Source: an uncultured Vicingus sp. (GTDB lineage Bacteria > Bacteroidota > Bacteroidia > Flavobacteriales_E > Vicingaceae). From it: a DNA stretch of 64,000 bases. Position 1 is the first letter of the stretch. Each line of letters starts with the position of its first letter. Below, one piece after another: positions 8,791 through 18,432 of the stretch. The position numbers were made by a program, and so were the translations under genes. The DNA is taken from NCBI GenBank assembly GCA_964360245.1, contig CAYHWX010000003.1:2307-66306 (forward strand), read 5' to 3'. The notes beneath the pieces are model-generated. The model saw only the letters and a program-made list of their open reading frames with translations, did not search any database and had not been told where the DNA came from.

Positions 8791-11178
8791 ATGTTAAGAG
8801 ATACTCAATGTTACCATTGTGGAGAAAATTGTGAGGACGAATTAATTAATTTTGATACCAAACAATTTTGCTGTACTGGTTGTAAAACAGTTTTTGAAAT
8901 TTTAAATCAAAACAATCTTTGTAACTACTATGAGTTAGAAAAAACTCCCGGAATTACTCCACCAAAAAATGTATCAAAAAAATTTGAATACTTAGAAAAT
9001 GAGCAACTAATTGATAAGCTTCTCGACTTTAAAGACGAACAGACTAGTATCATTACACTATATTTGCCTCAAATACACTGTAGTTCTTGCATTTGGTTGC
9101 TAGAAAATTTATACAAACTAAATATTGACATCAAATCTTCAAGAGTTAACTTTTTAAAAAAGGAAATTAAAGTTTCTTTTTATTCACAAAATTTATCATT
9201 AAGGCAGTTAGTTGAACTTTTAGCCAGCATTGGGTACGAGCCAAACATCAATTTAGACCTGTTGAAATCGGGGGAAAAAAAATCTATCGACCGCAGCTTA
9301 ATATACAAACTAGGTATTGCCGGATTTTGCTTTGGAAATATTATGCTCATCAGTTTGCCCGAATATTTTGGACTAGATAGCATCAAAGAATCTGCTTTTT
9401 CACATTTTTTTGGTTATGTAAACATTGTGCTTTCTTTGCCTGTTATTTTTTATAGTTCAAGTGGGTATTTGAAATCGGCTTATCAGGCTATTAAACACCG
9501 AACCATCAATATTGATATTCCTATTGCGTTAGGTATTTTGGCACTTTTTTTTAGAAGTGCTTATGAAATACTCTCCCACACTGGCTCTGGGTATTTAGAC
9601 TCGTTGGCTGCTTTAATCTTTTTTATGCTGATAGGAAGAATTTTTCAACAAAAAACTTATGATATTCTTTCATTTGAAAGAGACTACAAATCCTACTTTC
9701 CAATAGCAACAACTATTATTACAACTGATAAAATTGAAAAAAGTATTGCTGTTTCAGAATTAACTATTGGCGACACGATATTGATTAGAAATAATGAAAT
9801 CATTCCGGTTGATGCCTTATTAATTTTTGGAGAAGCTAATATCGACAATAGTTTTGTAACAGGAGAAGCAAATCCAGTACACAAAAAAATTGGAGATAAA
9901 ATATACGCAGGTGGTAAACAATTAGGACAAGCCATTCAATTGAAGGTAATTAAAAAGCTTTCACACTCCTATCTTACTCAATTATGGAACGATGAGACAT
10001 TTATAAAAGTTGATGAAGATAAATTTGATGGAATAATGAATAAAATGAGCAAATATTTTACCATTATTATTCTATTTATTGCTTTAATAAGTCTTGCTTA
10101 TTGGTGGAAAATTGATGTTAAAACTGCCATCAATTCTTTTACTGCAGTATTAATTATTGCTTGTCCATGTGCCCTTGCTTTGTCTGCTCCTTTTACTTTT
10201 GGAAATGTATTAAGAATTTTAGGGCGAAATAAGTTTTATTTAAAAAACGCATCGGTAATTGAACGGCTTGCTAAAATAAACACCATTATTTTTGACAAAA
10301 CAGGTACTATTACACAATCATCAAAAAATAATGTCACCTATCATGGTGAGGAATTAACAGCATATCAAAAAAGTCTAATTGCTTCTACTTTAAGGCAATC
10401 ATCGCATCCTTTAAGTAAAATGGTTTTTAACTTTATTAATTCCGAAAGAATACTTGAAGTTGAATCATTTAACGAAATGCTTGGACAAGGATTAATGGCA
10501 ACAATAAGCAATTCAAAAGTTAAATTAGGTTCTGAAAAATTTGTAAAAAATAACATTGATGATTTTTCTAAAGCTACTCGAGTACATTTAAAAATAAATG
10601 AATCTTATTTAGGGTATTTCCAAATAGAAAATAGCTACCGAGAAGGGTTAAGTTCAACCATTATAAAGCTAAAATCATTTTTTAAAATCAAACTTATTTC
10701 TGGAGATAATGACAGTGAACTTGAAAATTTGAAAAGTTTTTTTGGAGCAGAAAGCGAGTTTTTATTCAACAAAACTCCAGAAGAAAAATTGGCTTATATA
10801 AAATCACTTCAAAAACAAGGCAATGTCACATTAATGATTGGGGATGGGCTAAACGATGCAGGAGCTTTAAAACAAAGCGATGTAGGAATATCAATTTCGG
10901 AAGATGTGAATATCTTTTCACCAGCCTGTGATGCCATTTTAGACGCATCGGTGTTCGATAAGTTACCTCAATTTATTTCGTATTGTAAAGCCAGTATCCA
11001 CATCATTATTGCCAGTTTCGTTATTTCTTTTTCTTATAATATTGTTGGGCTTTATTTTGCCGTAACAGGTTTACTTTCACCAGTTTTTGCTGCCATACTA
11101 ATGCCGCTAAGTTCAATCACAGTTGTTTTATTTGTAACATTAACTTCAAATCTTTTAGCTCAACAAAAAAAATTATAA
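8791..11178 (+). CDS. ccoI: heavy-metal (Cu) translocating P-type ATPase, CcoI/FixI type
   Basis: Motifs CPC (IACPCAL), DKTGTIT and GDGLNDAGAL. N-terminal Cys-rich CYHCGENC...CCTGC. Sits directly upstream of ccoS/ccoN. Confidence 0.85.
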   Translation: MLRDTQCYHCGENCEDELINFDTKQFCCTGCKTVFEILNQNNLCNYYELEKTPGITPPKNVSKKFEYLENEQLIDKLLDFKDEQTSIITLYLPQIHCSSCIWLLENLYKLNIDIKSSRVNFLKKEIKVSFYSQNLSLRQLVELLASIGYEPNINLDLLKSGEKKSIDRSLIYKLGIAGFCFGNIMLISLPEYFGLDSIKESAFSHFFGYVNIVLSLPVIFYSSSGYLKSAYQAIKHRTINIDIPIALGILALFFRSAYEILSHTGSGYLDSLAALIFFMLIGRIFQQKTYDILSFERDYKSYFPIATTIITTDKIEKSIAVSELTIGDTILIRNNEIIPVDALLIFGEANIDNSFVTGEANPVHKKIGDKIYAGGKQLGQAIQLKVIKKLSHSYLTQLWNDETFIKVDEDKFDGIMNKMSKYFTIIILFIALISLAYWWKIDVKTAINSFTAVLIIACPCALALSAPFTFGNVLRILGRNKFYLKNASVIERLAKINTIIFDKTGTITQSSKNNVTYHGEELTAYQKSLIASTLRQSSHPLSKMVFNFINSERILEVESFNEMLGQGLMATISNSKVKLGSEKFVKNNIDDFSKATRVHLKINESYLGYFQIENSYREGLSSTIIKLKSFFKIKLISGDNDSELENLKSFFGAESEFLFNKTPEEKLAYIKSLQKQGNVTLMIGDGLNDAGALKQSDVGISISEDVNIFSPACDAILDASVFDKLPQFISYCKASIHIIIASFVISFSYNIVGLYFAVTGLLSPVFAAILMPLSSITVVLFVTLTSNLLAQQKKL

Positions 11179-11214
11179 TAACCCGTGGTACATCTGTTAA
11201 AAAACAAGATGAGA

Positions 11215-11230
11215 TATGATGAAAATCATA
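11215..11230. promoter_or_regulatory. FNR/Crp-type palindrome TATGATgaaaATCATA
   Basis: Perfect 6+6 inverted repeat with a 4-nt spacer, 47 nt upstream of the ccoS ATG. cbb3 operons are classic FNR targets. Confidence 0.5.
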
Positions 11231-11276
11231 GATAATATGTTGTATAACATATTTATTTGTCATAAAATTTATCTAG

Positions 11277-11453
11277 ATGAGTGTTCTATTTATTTTAATC
11301 ATTCTAAGTTTAACTATAGCTTCAGGATTTCTAATAGCTTTTATTTGGTCAGTTAAATCTGGACAATATGAGGATGGATATACTCCTTCAGTAAGAATGT
11401 TGTTTGATAATGAAAACTTAGAAAAAGATAAAGAAACAACATCAAAAAAATAA
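11277..11453 (+). CDS. ccoS: cbb3-type cytochrome oxidase assembly protein CcoS
   Basis: Hand-translated 58 aa: MSVLFILIILSLTIASGFLIAFIWSVKSGQYEDGYTPSVRMLFDNE.... This is one TM helix plus the CcoS W..KSGQ(Y/F)(E/D)D signature. Below the ORF-track size cut-off. Confidence 0.8.
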   Translation: MSVLFILIILSLTIASGFLIAFIWSVKSGQYEDGYTPSVRMLFDNENLEKDKETTSKK

Positions 11454-11477
11454 AAACGATTATTAAAAAAATAAAAA

Positions 11478-13616
11478 ATGTCAGAGCAAATTGAAAAATT
11501 CTATTATGATAATAAAATCGTAAAAATGTTTGCCTATGCTACCATGCTGTGGGGTGTAGTTGGTATGTTAGTTGGATTGCTAGTTGCATTCCAGATTTAC
11601 ATTCCTGCTTTAAATTTTAATCTTGAATTTACCACTTTTGGTAGAACTAGACCTTTACATACCAATGCGGTAATTTTTGCTTTTGTTGGTAATGGAATTT
11701 TTACTGGTGTTTATTACTCTCTTCAACGATTATTAAAAGCTAGAATGTGGAGTGATAAATTAAGTAAGATTAACTTTTGGGGCTGGCAATTAATTATCGT
11801 AGCTGCTGCCATTACTTTGTTGGCAGGTTTTACAACAGGTAAAGAATACGCAGAATTAGAATGGCCTATTGACATTGCAATTGCAGGTATTTGGGTTGTA
11901 TTTGGTTGGAACATGTTTGCAACTATTTTGAAAAGAAGAGAACGTCACTTATACGTTGCCATTTGGTTTTACATTGCCACGTTTGTTACTGTTGCTGTGT
12001 TGCACATTGTTAATTCTTTTGAATATCCGGTAAATTTATTAAAAAGTTATTCCTTTTATGCTGGTGTTCAAGATGCGTTGGTGCAATGGTGGTATGGTCA
12101 TAATGCAGTTGCATTTTTCTTAACTACACCGTATTTGGGGTTAATGTATTATTTTGTTCCAAAAGCTGTTAAAAGACCTGTTTATTCTTATAAATTATCT
12201 ATCATTCACTTTTGGGCATTAATTTTCTTGTACATCTGGGCTGGACCTCATCATCTTTTATATACTGCTTTACCTGGATGGGTTCAAACATTGGGAGTAG
12301 TGTTTTCTGTAATGTTAATTGCTCCATCATGGGGTGGTATGATTAATGGTTTGTTAACCATGCGTGGTGCGTGGGATAGAGTTAGAGATAGTGCAGTACT
12401 AAAATTCTTTGTTGTAGCTATTACTGCTTACGGTATGGCAACATTTGAAGGGCCAATGTTGGCACTAAAAAGTGTTAATGCCATCAGTCATTATACAGAT
12501 TGGACTGTTGCTCATGTTCATATAGGAGCTTTAGGATGGAATGGATTTTTAACTTTTGGGATGCTATATTGGTTAATACCTAGAATGTTTCAAACAAAAC
12601 TATTTTCTGAAAAATTAGCCAATGTTCATTTTTGGATGGGAACCTTGGGTATTTTATTTTATGCATTACCTCTTTATTGGGCAGGATTTACACAATATTT
12701 AATGTGGCAAGAATTTACATTAGATGGGTATTTAAAATATCCAAATTTTTTAGAAACAGTTAACCAACTTATCCCAATGTATGCAATGAGAAGCCTTGGT
12801 GGAACTTTATACTTAATTGGTGCTTTGATGATGGTTTATAATTTAATTAAAACCGTTAAAGCTGGTTCTTTTGTTGCAAATGAAGAAGCCGAAGCTTATC
12901 CGCTTGAAAAAGAATACAAAGGAGCTGTTAAAGAGTATTGGCACAGAGCAATTGAAAGAAAACCTATTCGTATGTTGATACTTGCATTAGTACTAGTTTT
13001 GATAGGTGGAGCTGTTGAAATGGTGCCAACATTTTTGGTAAAATCAAACATACCAACGATAGCGTCTGTAAAACCATATACTCCATTAGAATTGCAAGGA
13101 AGAGATATTTATATTAAAGAAGGATGTTACAACTGTCATTCTCAAATGATTCGACCTTTTAGACATGAAACCGAACGTTATGGTGAATATTCTAAATCGG
13201 GAGAATTTGTTTACGATCATCCATTTCAATGGGGTTCAAAAAGAACAGGACCAGATTTAGCTCGTGAAGGATCTAAAAAATTACGAAAATCACATTCTTG
13301 GCATTATAATCATTTGTTTGATCCACGAAGTATGTCTCCTGGTTCTATTATGCCTAATTACCCATGGCTAATGTTTAAAGAAATTGATGTAAATAGCACT
13401 ACCTCAAAAATGGCGGTGATGCAAAAATTAGGCGTACCTTATACGGATGAACAAATAAAATCAGGAAAAAATGATTTGAAAGTTCAAGCAGAAGGTATTG
13501 CCGCTGAATTAAAAATTCAAGGAATAAAAGAGGCGGATGCTAAAAAAGAAATTATTGCATTAATTGCTTATTTACAAAGATTAGGAACAGACATTGAGAA
13601 TGTTGCTGTAAAATAA
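11478..13616 (+). CDS. ccoNO: cbb3-type cytochrome c oxidase, fused subunits I and II (CcoN-CcoO)
   Basis: 712 aa. The N-terminal part is a multi-helix haem-copper oxidase domain with conserved His residues. The C-terminal part has the CcoO haem c site CYNCHS. This fusion is typical of Bacteroidetes. Confidence 0.9.
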   Translation: MSEQIEKFYYDNKIVKMFAYATMLWGVVGMLVGLLVAFQIYIPALNFNLEFTTFGRTRPLHTNAVIFAFVGNGIFTGVYYSLQRLLKARMWSDKLSKINFWGWQLIIVAAAITLLAGFTTGKEYAELEWPIDIAIAGIWVVFGWNMFATILKRRERHLYVAIWFYIATFVTVAVLHIVNSFEYPVNLLKSYSFYAGVQDALVQWWYGHNAVAFFLTTPYLGLMYYFVPKAVKRPVYSYKLSIIHFWALIFLYIWAGPHHLLYTALPGWVQTLGVVFSVMLIAPSWGGMINGLLTMRGAWDRVRDSAVLKFFVVAITAYGMATFEGPMLALKSVNAISHYTDWTVAHVHIGALGWNGFLTFGMLYWLIPRMFQTKLFSEKLANVHFWMGTLGILFYALPLYWAGFTQYLMWQEFTLDGYLKYPNFLETVNQLIPMYAMRSLGGTLYLIGALMMVYNLIKTVKAGSFVANEEAEAYPLEKEYKGAVKEYWHRAIERKPIRMLILALVLVLIGGAVEMVPTFLVKSNIPTIASVKPYTPLELQGRDIYIKEGCYNCHSQMIRPFRHETERYGEYSKSGEFVYDHPFQWGSKRTGPDLAREGSKKLRKSHSWHYNHLFDPRSMSPGSIMPNYPWLMFKEIDVNSTTSKMAVMQKLGVPYTDEQIKSGKNDLKVQAEGIAAELKIQGIKEADAKKEIIALIAYLQRLGTDIENVAVK

Positions 13617-13622
13617 TATTAA

Positions 13623-13796
13623 ATGCTCAAATTTATTAAACATACAATGGAGACAATAGATGGAATAGAAATTTTCCCTATTATCTCCTTCGTTATTTTT
13701 TTTAGCTTTTTTGTCGCTTTACTCTTTTGGGTTTATAAAATTGACAAAAGCTATATTAATCATATAGAAAAACTTCCTTTTGAAGAAGACAAATAA
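13623..13796 (+). CDS. ccoQ: CcoQ/FixQ-like small cbb3 subunit
   Basis: Hand-translated 57 aa with one TM helix (MLKFIKHTMETIDGIEIFPIISFVIFFSFFVALLFWVYKIDK...). Lies between ccoNO and ccoP. Confidence 0.6.
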   Translation: MLKFIKHTMETIDGIEIFPIISFVIFFSFFVALLFWVYKIDKSYINHIEKLPFEEDK

Positions 13797-13812
13797 TTAA
13801 AAAAATCAAGTC

Positions 13813-14406
13813 ATGACTGACAAAAACAAAGACATCGAAATAATAGATGAATTAGATACCAATATAATGGATCACGAATATGATGGAATCATGGAGTTAG
13901 ATAACAGCTTGCCGCCATGGTGGTTATATTTGTTTTATGGAACAATTATTTTTGCTTTTGTCTATTCTTTAAGATATTTTTCTTTTGGCGATTATAATCA
14001 AATAGACGAATATACCACAGAGGTAGAAAATGCTAATAAAGATGTTGCCATCTTCAAAGAAAATTTTGGTGGAAGTGAAATCAATGAAAATTCAGTAGTA
14101 TTATCTACAGTTGCTGAAGAGTTAGCAGAAGGAAAGGAGATTTTTAAAAAAAATTGCACTCCCTGTCACTTAGAAAATGGAGGAGGATCAGTTGGCCCTA
14201 ATTTTACTGATGAGTATTGGATACATGGAAATACTATTAAAGATTTGTTTAAAACAATCACATTTGGTGTCCCAGAAAAAGGAATGATACCGTGGGAATC
14301 TCAATTAAAACCACAACAAATACAAAATGTAGCTAGTTATATCCTTACCGAATTCAAAAATAAAAATGTTGAAGGGGGGAAAGAACCTCAGGGCAATAAA
14401 TATTAA
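13813..14406 (+). CDS. ccoP: cbb3-type cytochrome c oxidase subunit III (CcoP), single CXXCH
   Basis: FixP N-terminal motif HEYDGIMELDNSLPPWW, one TM helix and one haem c site (CTPCH). Confidence 0.8.
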   Translation: MTDKNKDIEIIDELDTNIMDHEYDGIMELDNSLPPWWLYLFYGTIIFAFVYSLRYFSFGDYNQIDEYTTEVENANKDVAIFKENFGGSEINENSVVLSTVAEELAEGKEIFKKNCTPCHLENGGGSVGPNFTDEYWIHGNTIKDLFKTITFGVPEKGMIPWESQLKPQQIQNVASYILTEFKNKNVEGGKEPQGNKY

Positions 14407-14419
14407 AAAATGCTCCATG

Positions 14420-14464
14420 TTAAATGCTTAATTTTGAATACTATATTCAACTTTAAGCATTTAA
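14420..14464 (+). other. 12-bp perfect hairpin between ccoP and ccoG
   Basis: TTAAATGCTTAA (14420-14431) pairs with TTAAGCATTTAA (14453-14464) across a 21-nt loop. It may be a partial terminator or a processing site. Confidence 0.35.
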
Positions 14465-14471
14465 AATTTTA

Positions 14472-15905
14472 ATGAAAATGAATTCAGAAGAATATCAAAA
14501 TCATGAAACTTTCAGAGATAAGATAACTACGGTTAATGAGGAGGGAAAAAGAAAGTGGTTGTATCCAAAAGAGCCAAAAGGAAAATTTACCAACTACAGA
14601 ACTTATCTAAGCTATTTCCTCCTTGCCATTTTATTTGCCATTCCTTGGATAAAAATTGATGATGAACCCTTTTTAATGTTCAATATTCTTACTCGAAAAT
14701 TTGTGTTGTTCGGACAAGTTTTTTGGCCTCAAGATTTTCATATTTTTGGATTAATCATGATTGCCATGGTTATTTTTATTACCCTTTTCACCACCGTTTA
14801 TGGACGAATTTTTTGTGGTTGGATTTGTCCACAAACCATATTTATGGAAGTAGTTTATCGTAAAATAGAATATTGGATAGATGGAAACTACAAAGAACAA
14901 CAACTGTTAAAGAAACAATCATGGAATTTTCAAAAAATAAGCAAACGTGGCTTTAAATACATTTTATTTTATATTATTGCTTTAGCCATATCTAACACTT
15001 TTTTAGCTTATGTAATTGGTGCAGATGAATTGCTTAAAATTCAACAATCTCCCATCAATGAACATTTAGGTGGTTTTATAAGCACCTTAATTTTTAGTTT
15101 AATCTTCTTTTTTGTATTTGCTTGGTTTAGAGAACAAGTTTGTTTAATTATTTGTCCTTATGGTAGGTTACAGGGTGTAATGTTAGATAGAAATTCATTA
15201 GTTGTTGCTTACGATTATAAAAGAGGAGAAGGAGAAAATGGGCGTTCAAAAATTGATAAAAGTGAAGACAGAAAAATTGCTGGAAAAGGAAATTGTATTG
15301 ATTGTTATCAATGTGTGGATGTTTGCCCTACAGGGATTGATATTCGAAATGGAACTCAATTGGAGTGCATTAATTGTACTGCTTGTATGGATGCATGTGA
15401 TTATGTGATGGAAAAAACGGGACAAGAAAAAGGATTAATAAGAATAGATTCTGAAAACGCAATTGCCAACCAAACTAAAACAAAATTTTCTATACGATCT
15501 AAAGCATATACTGTATTATTACTATTGTTAATTGTTTTTGTAATCTACTTGTTTACCTTAAGAGGTTCTTTAGAAGCCTCGATTTTAAGAACACCTGGAA
15601 TGTTATTTCAAGAACAAGAAGGAGGTTATATTACTAATCTTTACAACCTTAATGTCGTAAATAAATCTAATAAAGAATTAAAATTAATTTTTAAGTTAAT
15701 AGGCACTAAAGGAAATATACAAATGGTTGGAAATGATATACTTACTGTAAAAAAAGGAGAAAGTAGTCAACAAGCATTTTTTGTTAAAATACATCGTAAC
15801 GATTTAATAACTAAAAGCACACCTATAGTTATTGGAGTTTATAATGGAACAGAATTATTGGAACAAGATGATACCAATTTTTTAGGGCCAAGTACTAGTA
15901 ATTAA
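14472..15905 (+). CDS. ccoG: cytochrome c oxidase accessory protein CcoG (4Fe-4S ferredoxin-type membrane protein)
   Basis: Two ferredoxin Cys clusters (CIDCYQCVDVCP and CINCTACMDACD), several TM helices, and its position after ccoP. Confidence 0.85.
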   Translation: MKMNSEEYQNHETFRDKITTVNEEGKRKWLYPKEPKGKFTNYRTYLSYFLLAILFAIPWIKIDDEPFLMFNILTRKFVLFGQVFWPQDFHIFGLIMIAMVIFITLFTTVYGRIFCGWICPQTIFMEVVYRKIEYWIDGNYKEQQLLKKQSWNFQKISKRGFKYILFYIIALAISNTFLAYVIGADELLKIQQSPINEHLGGFISTLIFSLIFFFVFAWFREQVCLIICPYGRLQGVMLDRNSLVVAYDYKRGEGENGRSKIDKSEDRKIAGKGNCIDCYQCVDVCPTGIDIRNGTQLECINCTACMDACDYVMEKTGQEKGLIRIDSENAIANQTKTKFSIRSKAYTVLLLLLIVFVIYLFTLRGSLEASILRTPGMLFQEQEGGYITNLYNLNVVNKSNKELKLIFKLIGTKGNIQMVGNDILTVKKGESSQQAFFVKIHRNDLITKSTPIVIGVYNGTELLEQDDTNFLGPSTSN

Positions 15906-15924
15906 AAATTAAACAAACAATAAA

Positions 15925-16362
15925 ATGAAATTTAACTGGGGAACAGGTGCGTTTATTCTTTTTGGAACTTTTGTCATTTTTATGTTGGTTATGGTTTATC
16001 TATCCACCCAACAAAAAAGTGAACTAGTAACCGAAGATTATTATGAAAAGGAATTAGCTTTTAAAGAGATATTAAAAAAAGAAGCTAGAACAGAACAGCT
16101 ATCAGAAAAGTTAACTTGGCAGATAATCAATAATCAACTTAGAATTCAATTTCCAAAAGAAGTTGGAGAAATTATTATGGGTGAAATAATTTTTTTCAAA
16201 CCATCCAACCAAAATGATGATAAAAAATTTTCTTTCCAAACAACAACCAGCTTTCATTCAATTGATATAAGCAAATTTTCTGCTGGTATGTATCAACTAA
16301 AAATTGATTGGAGTGCAAATAATATTGAATATTACAACGAAGAAGTTATTGACTTACCTTAA
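15925..16362 (+). CDS. ccoH: FixH/CcoH family protein
   Basis: 145 aa with an N-terminal TM helix. Called mainly from its position after ccoG. Confidence 0.65.
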   Translation: MKFNWGTGAFILFGTFVIFMLVMVYLSTQQKSELVTEDYYEKELAFKEILKKEARTEQLSEKLTWQIINNQLRIQFPKEVGEIIMGEIIFFKPSNQNDDKKFSFQTTTSFHSIDISKFSAGMYQLKIDWSANNIEYYNEEVIDLP

Positions 16363-16365
16363 TTT

Positions 16366-17070
16366 ATGGAGTTATTCATAACAGCATTTGCCATTGGTTT
16401 ATTTGGAAGCTTTCATTGTATTGCAATGTGTGGGCCAATAGCCTTTGCTTTGCCAGTAAAAAATAATACTCCTTTTTTTCGATTAATTAGTGGATTTATT
16501 TATAATACAGGACGAATCGCTACGTATGTATTATTTGGTATTTTATTTGGGAGTCTTGGTCAAGGTGTTAGCATGGCAATAACTCAACAGGTAATTTCTA
16601 TTTTTATAGGAATAGTTTTTATTTTATCGGTAATAATTCCAAAAGCATTTATTAATAAAATAAAACCAACAAATAATTTGAGTTTTTTTTCAAAAATCAA
16701 AAATAATTTTGGAAAATTATTTCATACATCTTCTACTTTTAACTTATTTTTAATTGGGTTACTTAATGGTTTATTGCCTTGTGGTTTGGTTTATGCAGCT
16801 ATCGGTGGTGCTATTGCTACAGGTAATGTGTTTCAAGGAGCCTTGTTTATGTTGTTTTTCGGAATAAGCACTTTGCCAATGATGTTTTCAGCTGTTTTAC
16901 TTTCTAATTTTGTAACCATCAATTTTAGAAATAAAATAAAAAAAATAATACCTTTTTTCATACTTCTTTTAGGACTCCTTTTTATCCTCAGAGGATTAAA
17001 TTTAAACATTCCGTATTTGAGTCCAAAAATTAATGTTCAACGTCCATTTATTACAAATTGTGTAAAATAG
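16366..17070 (+). CDS. DsbD_2 / TauE-SafE-like integral membrane protein associated with the cco cluster
   Basis: Polytopic membrane protein with an N-terminal FHCIAMCGPI motif. Tightly linked to ccoH by a 3-nt spacer. Confidence 0.6.
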   Translation: MELFITAFAIGLFGSFHCIAMCGPIAFALPVKNNTPFFRLISGFIYNTGRIATYVLFGILFGSLGQGVSMAITQQVISIFIGIVFILSVIIPKAFINKIKPTNNLSFFSKIKNNFGKLFHTSSTFNLFLIGLLNGLLPCGLVYAAIGGAIATGNVFQGALFMLFFGISTLPMMFSAVLLSNFVTINFRNKIKKIIPFFILLLGLLFILRGLNLNIPYLSPKINVQRPFITNCVK

Positions 17071-17434
17071 TAATTGGTAAAAGTAGTTTCTATAACTGAC
17101 AATCTGAGTTCTAATATAAAATTTACACCGTAGGAGTTATTTTTTGGTGATATTTATTGGCTTGCAATAGAACATAATGTTTTCCTAAAGGATTTTTCTC
17201 GTAGGAATGTTTATTCAAAAAACAATAATCAATTAAAGCCTAAATATTCAAAAAAATAACAATAGTAGGGTAATAAAAAAAATGATTAATAACATATTAT
17301 TATAATGTTAATTTTTTTCAATCTAAGCATTATTTTGTTTTTTATAAATCAACGAATTAACATATACACAATTGATTAGTAAGGATTTAGGATGCTTCTA
17401 AAAACATGCAAAAAGATGATAACAAACTTATTAT

Positions 17435-17454
17435 AATATGATTATTATCATATT
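17435..17454. promoter_or_regulatory. FNR/Crp-type palindrome AATATGATtattATCATATT upstream of the nar operon
   Basis: 20-nt inverted repeat with core ATGAT-N4-ATCAT, extendable to 17432-17457. It ends 81 nt upstream of the cytochrome c ATG and lies about 20 nt upstream of a TACTTTTA -7-like element (17474-17481). Confidence 0.5.
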
Positions 17455-17534
17455 ATAGATTCTATTTACCGCATACTTTTATCATGTAATTAATATTCAA
17501 TTCGCTTTAAACGAAAAAATTTAAAAACAAAACA

Positions 17535-18401
17535 ATGAAATCAATTGCAAATAGAATAACATTAATTGTGAGCCTAGGTATTTTTACAGTATTTAGTGTT
17601 GATGCACAAGATGGTAAAGCACTTTTTACCGCAAAATGTGCTGCTTGCCATACTGTAACTACAACTAGATTGGTTGGGCCTGGATTAGCTGGAATTAATG
17701 AAAAAAGAACTCAAAAATGGTTATTAAGTTGGATAAAAGATTCACAGGCATTTATTAAAACAGGTGACAAAGATGCTAATGCAATTTTTGAAGAATACAG
17801 TAAAATTGCAATGATACCATTTACAGATATGTCAGATGCAGAAATTATTGCAATATTAGATTATGTTAAAGGAGATGCAGGTGCTATCTCTTCAACTGCA
17901 GTAATTCCAGCAGAACCAATTGTCCCAATTGAATATTCTGCAGAAGATGTTGAATTGGGAAAACAATTATTCACAGGTAACAAACATTTTGCAAATGGAG
18001 GTCCTTTGTGCATTACATGTCATAATGTAACAAATAATGATTTAATTCCTGGCGGTTTATTAGCCAAAGATTTAACCAATGTTTATGTAAGATTAGGTGA
18101 TGCAGGAATTTCAGGTATTTTAAATGCCCCTCCTTTTCCAGCAATGACGCTAGCTTATGGAAACAACCAATTAACAGTAGATGAAGTAAGACAGTTAACA
18201 GCTTTTTTTAAATATGCAGATCAAGTAAGTAAAACTCAAACTGTAAATAGTGGATTCACTTTACTAGCAGGTGGTGGAGTAGTAGGATTAATTCTTATAC
18301 TTATTATAATAAGTATCCTTTGGAGCAATAGAAAAAAAGAATCTACCAAAAAAAATATTTTTAGCAGACAATTAAAAGGTAATGATTCAATAGAATCTTA
18401 A
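17535..18401 (+). CDS. membrane-anchored dihaem cytochrome c (NarC-like position)
   Basis: Signal peptide, two CXXCH sites (CAACH, CITCH) and a C-terminal TM helix (LLAGGGVVGLILILIIISILW). Immediately precedes narG. Confidence 0.75.
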   Translation: MKSIANRITLIVSLGIFTVFSVDAQDGKALFTAKCAACHTVTTTRLVGPGLAGINEKRTQKWLLSWIKDSQAFIKTGDKDANAIFEEYSKIAMIPFTDMSDAEIIAILDYVKGDAGAISSTAVIPAEPIVPIEYSAEDVELGKQLFTGNKHFANGGPLCITCHNVTNNDLIPGGLLAKDLTNVYVRLGDAGISGILNAPPFPAMTLAYGNNQLTVDEVRQLTAFFKYADQVSKTQTVNSGFTLLAGGGVVGLILILIIISILWSNRKKESTKKNIFSRQLKGNDSIES

Positions 18402-18432
18402 TTAGTATAAAAGAACTTAAACATAAAAAATT

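Noticed and set aside
13813-14406. CcoP with only one CXXCH site as a possible truncation or pseudogene.
   Set aside because: The ORF is intact, with the FixP N-terminal motif, a TM helix and a complete cytochrome c domain. No frameshifted second haem domain follows it. It probably reflects the normal form in this lineage, which I cannot confirm without comparison.
17071-17534. A Moco riboswitch upstream of the nar operon, and a cobalamin riboswitch near the mutase genes (60678-60704, 61083-61135).
   Set aside because: The nar leader is extremely AT-rich and has none of the GC-rich conserved helices of the Moco RNA motif. The spacers near the mutase genes are far too short (27 and 53 nt) for a B12 riboswitch.
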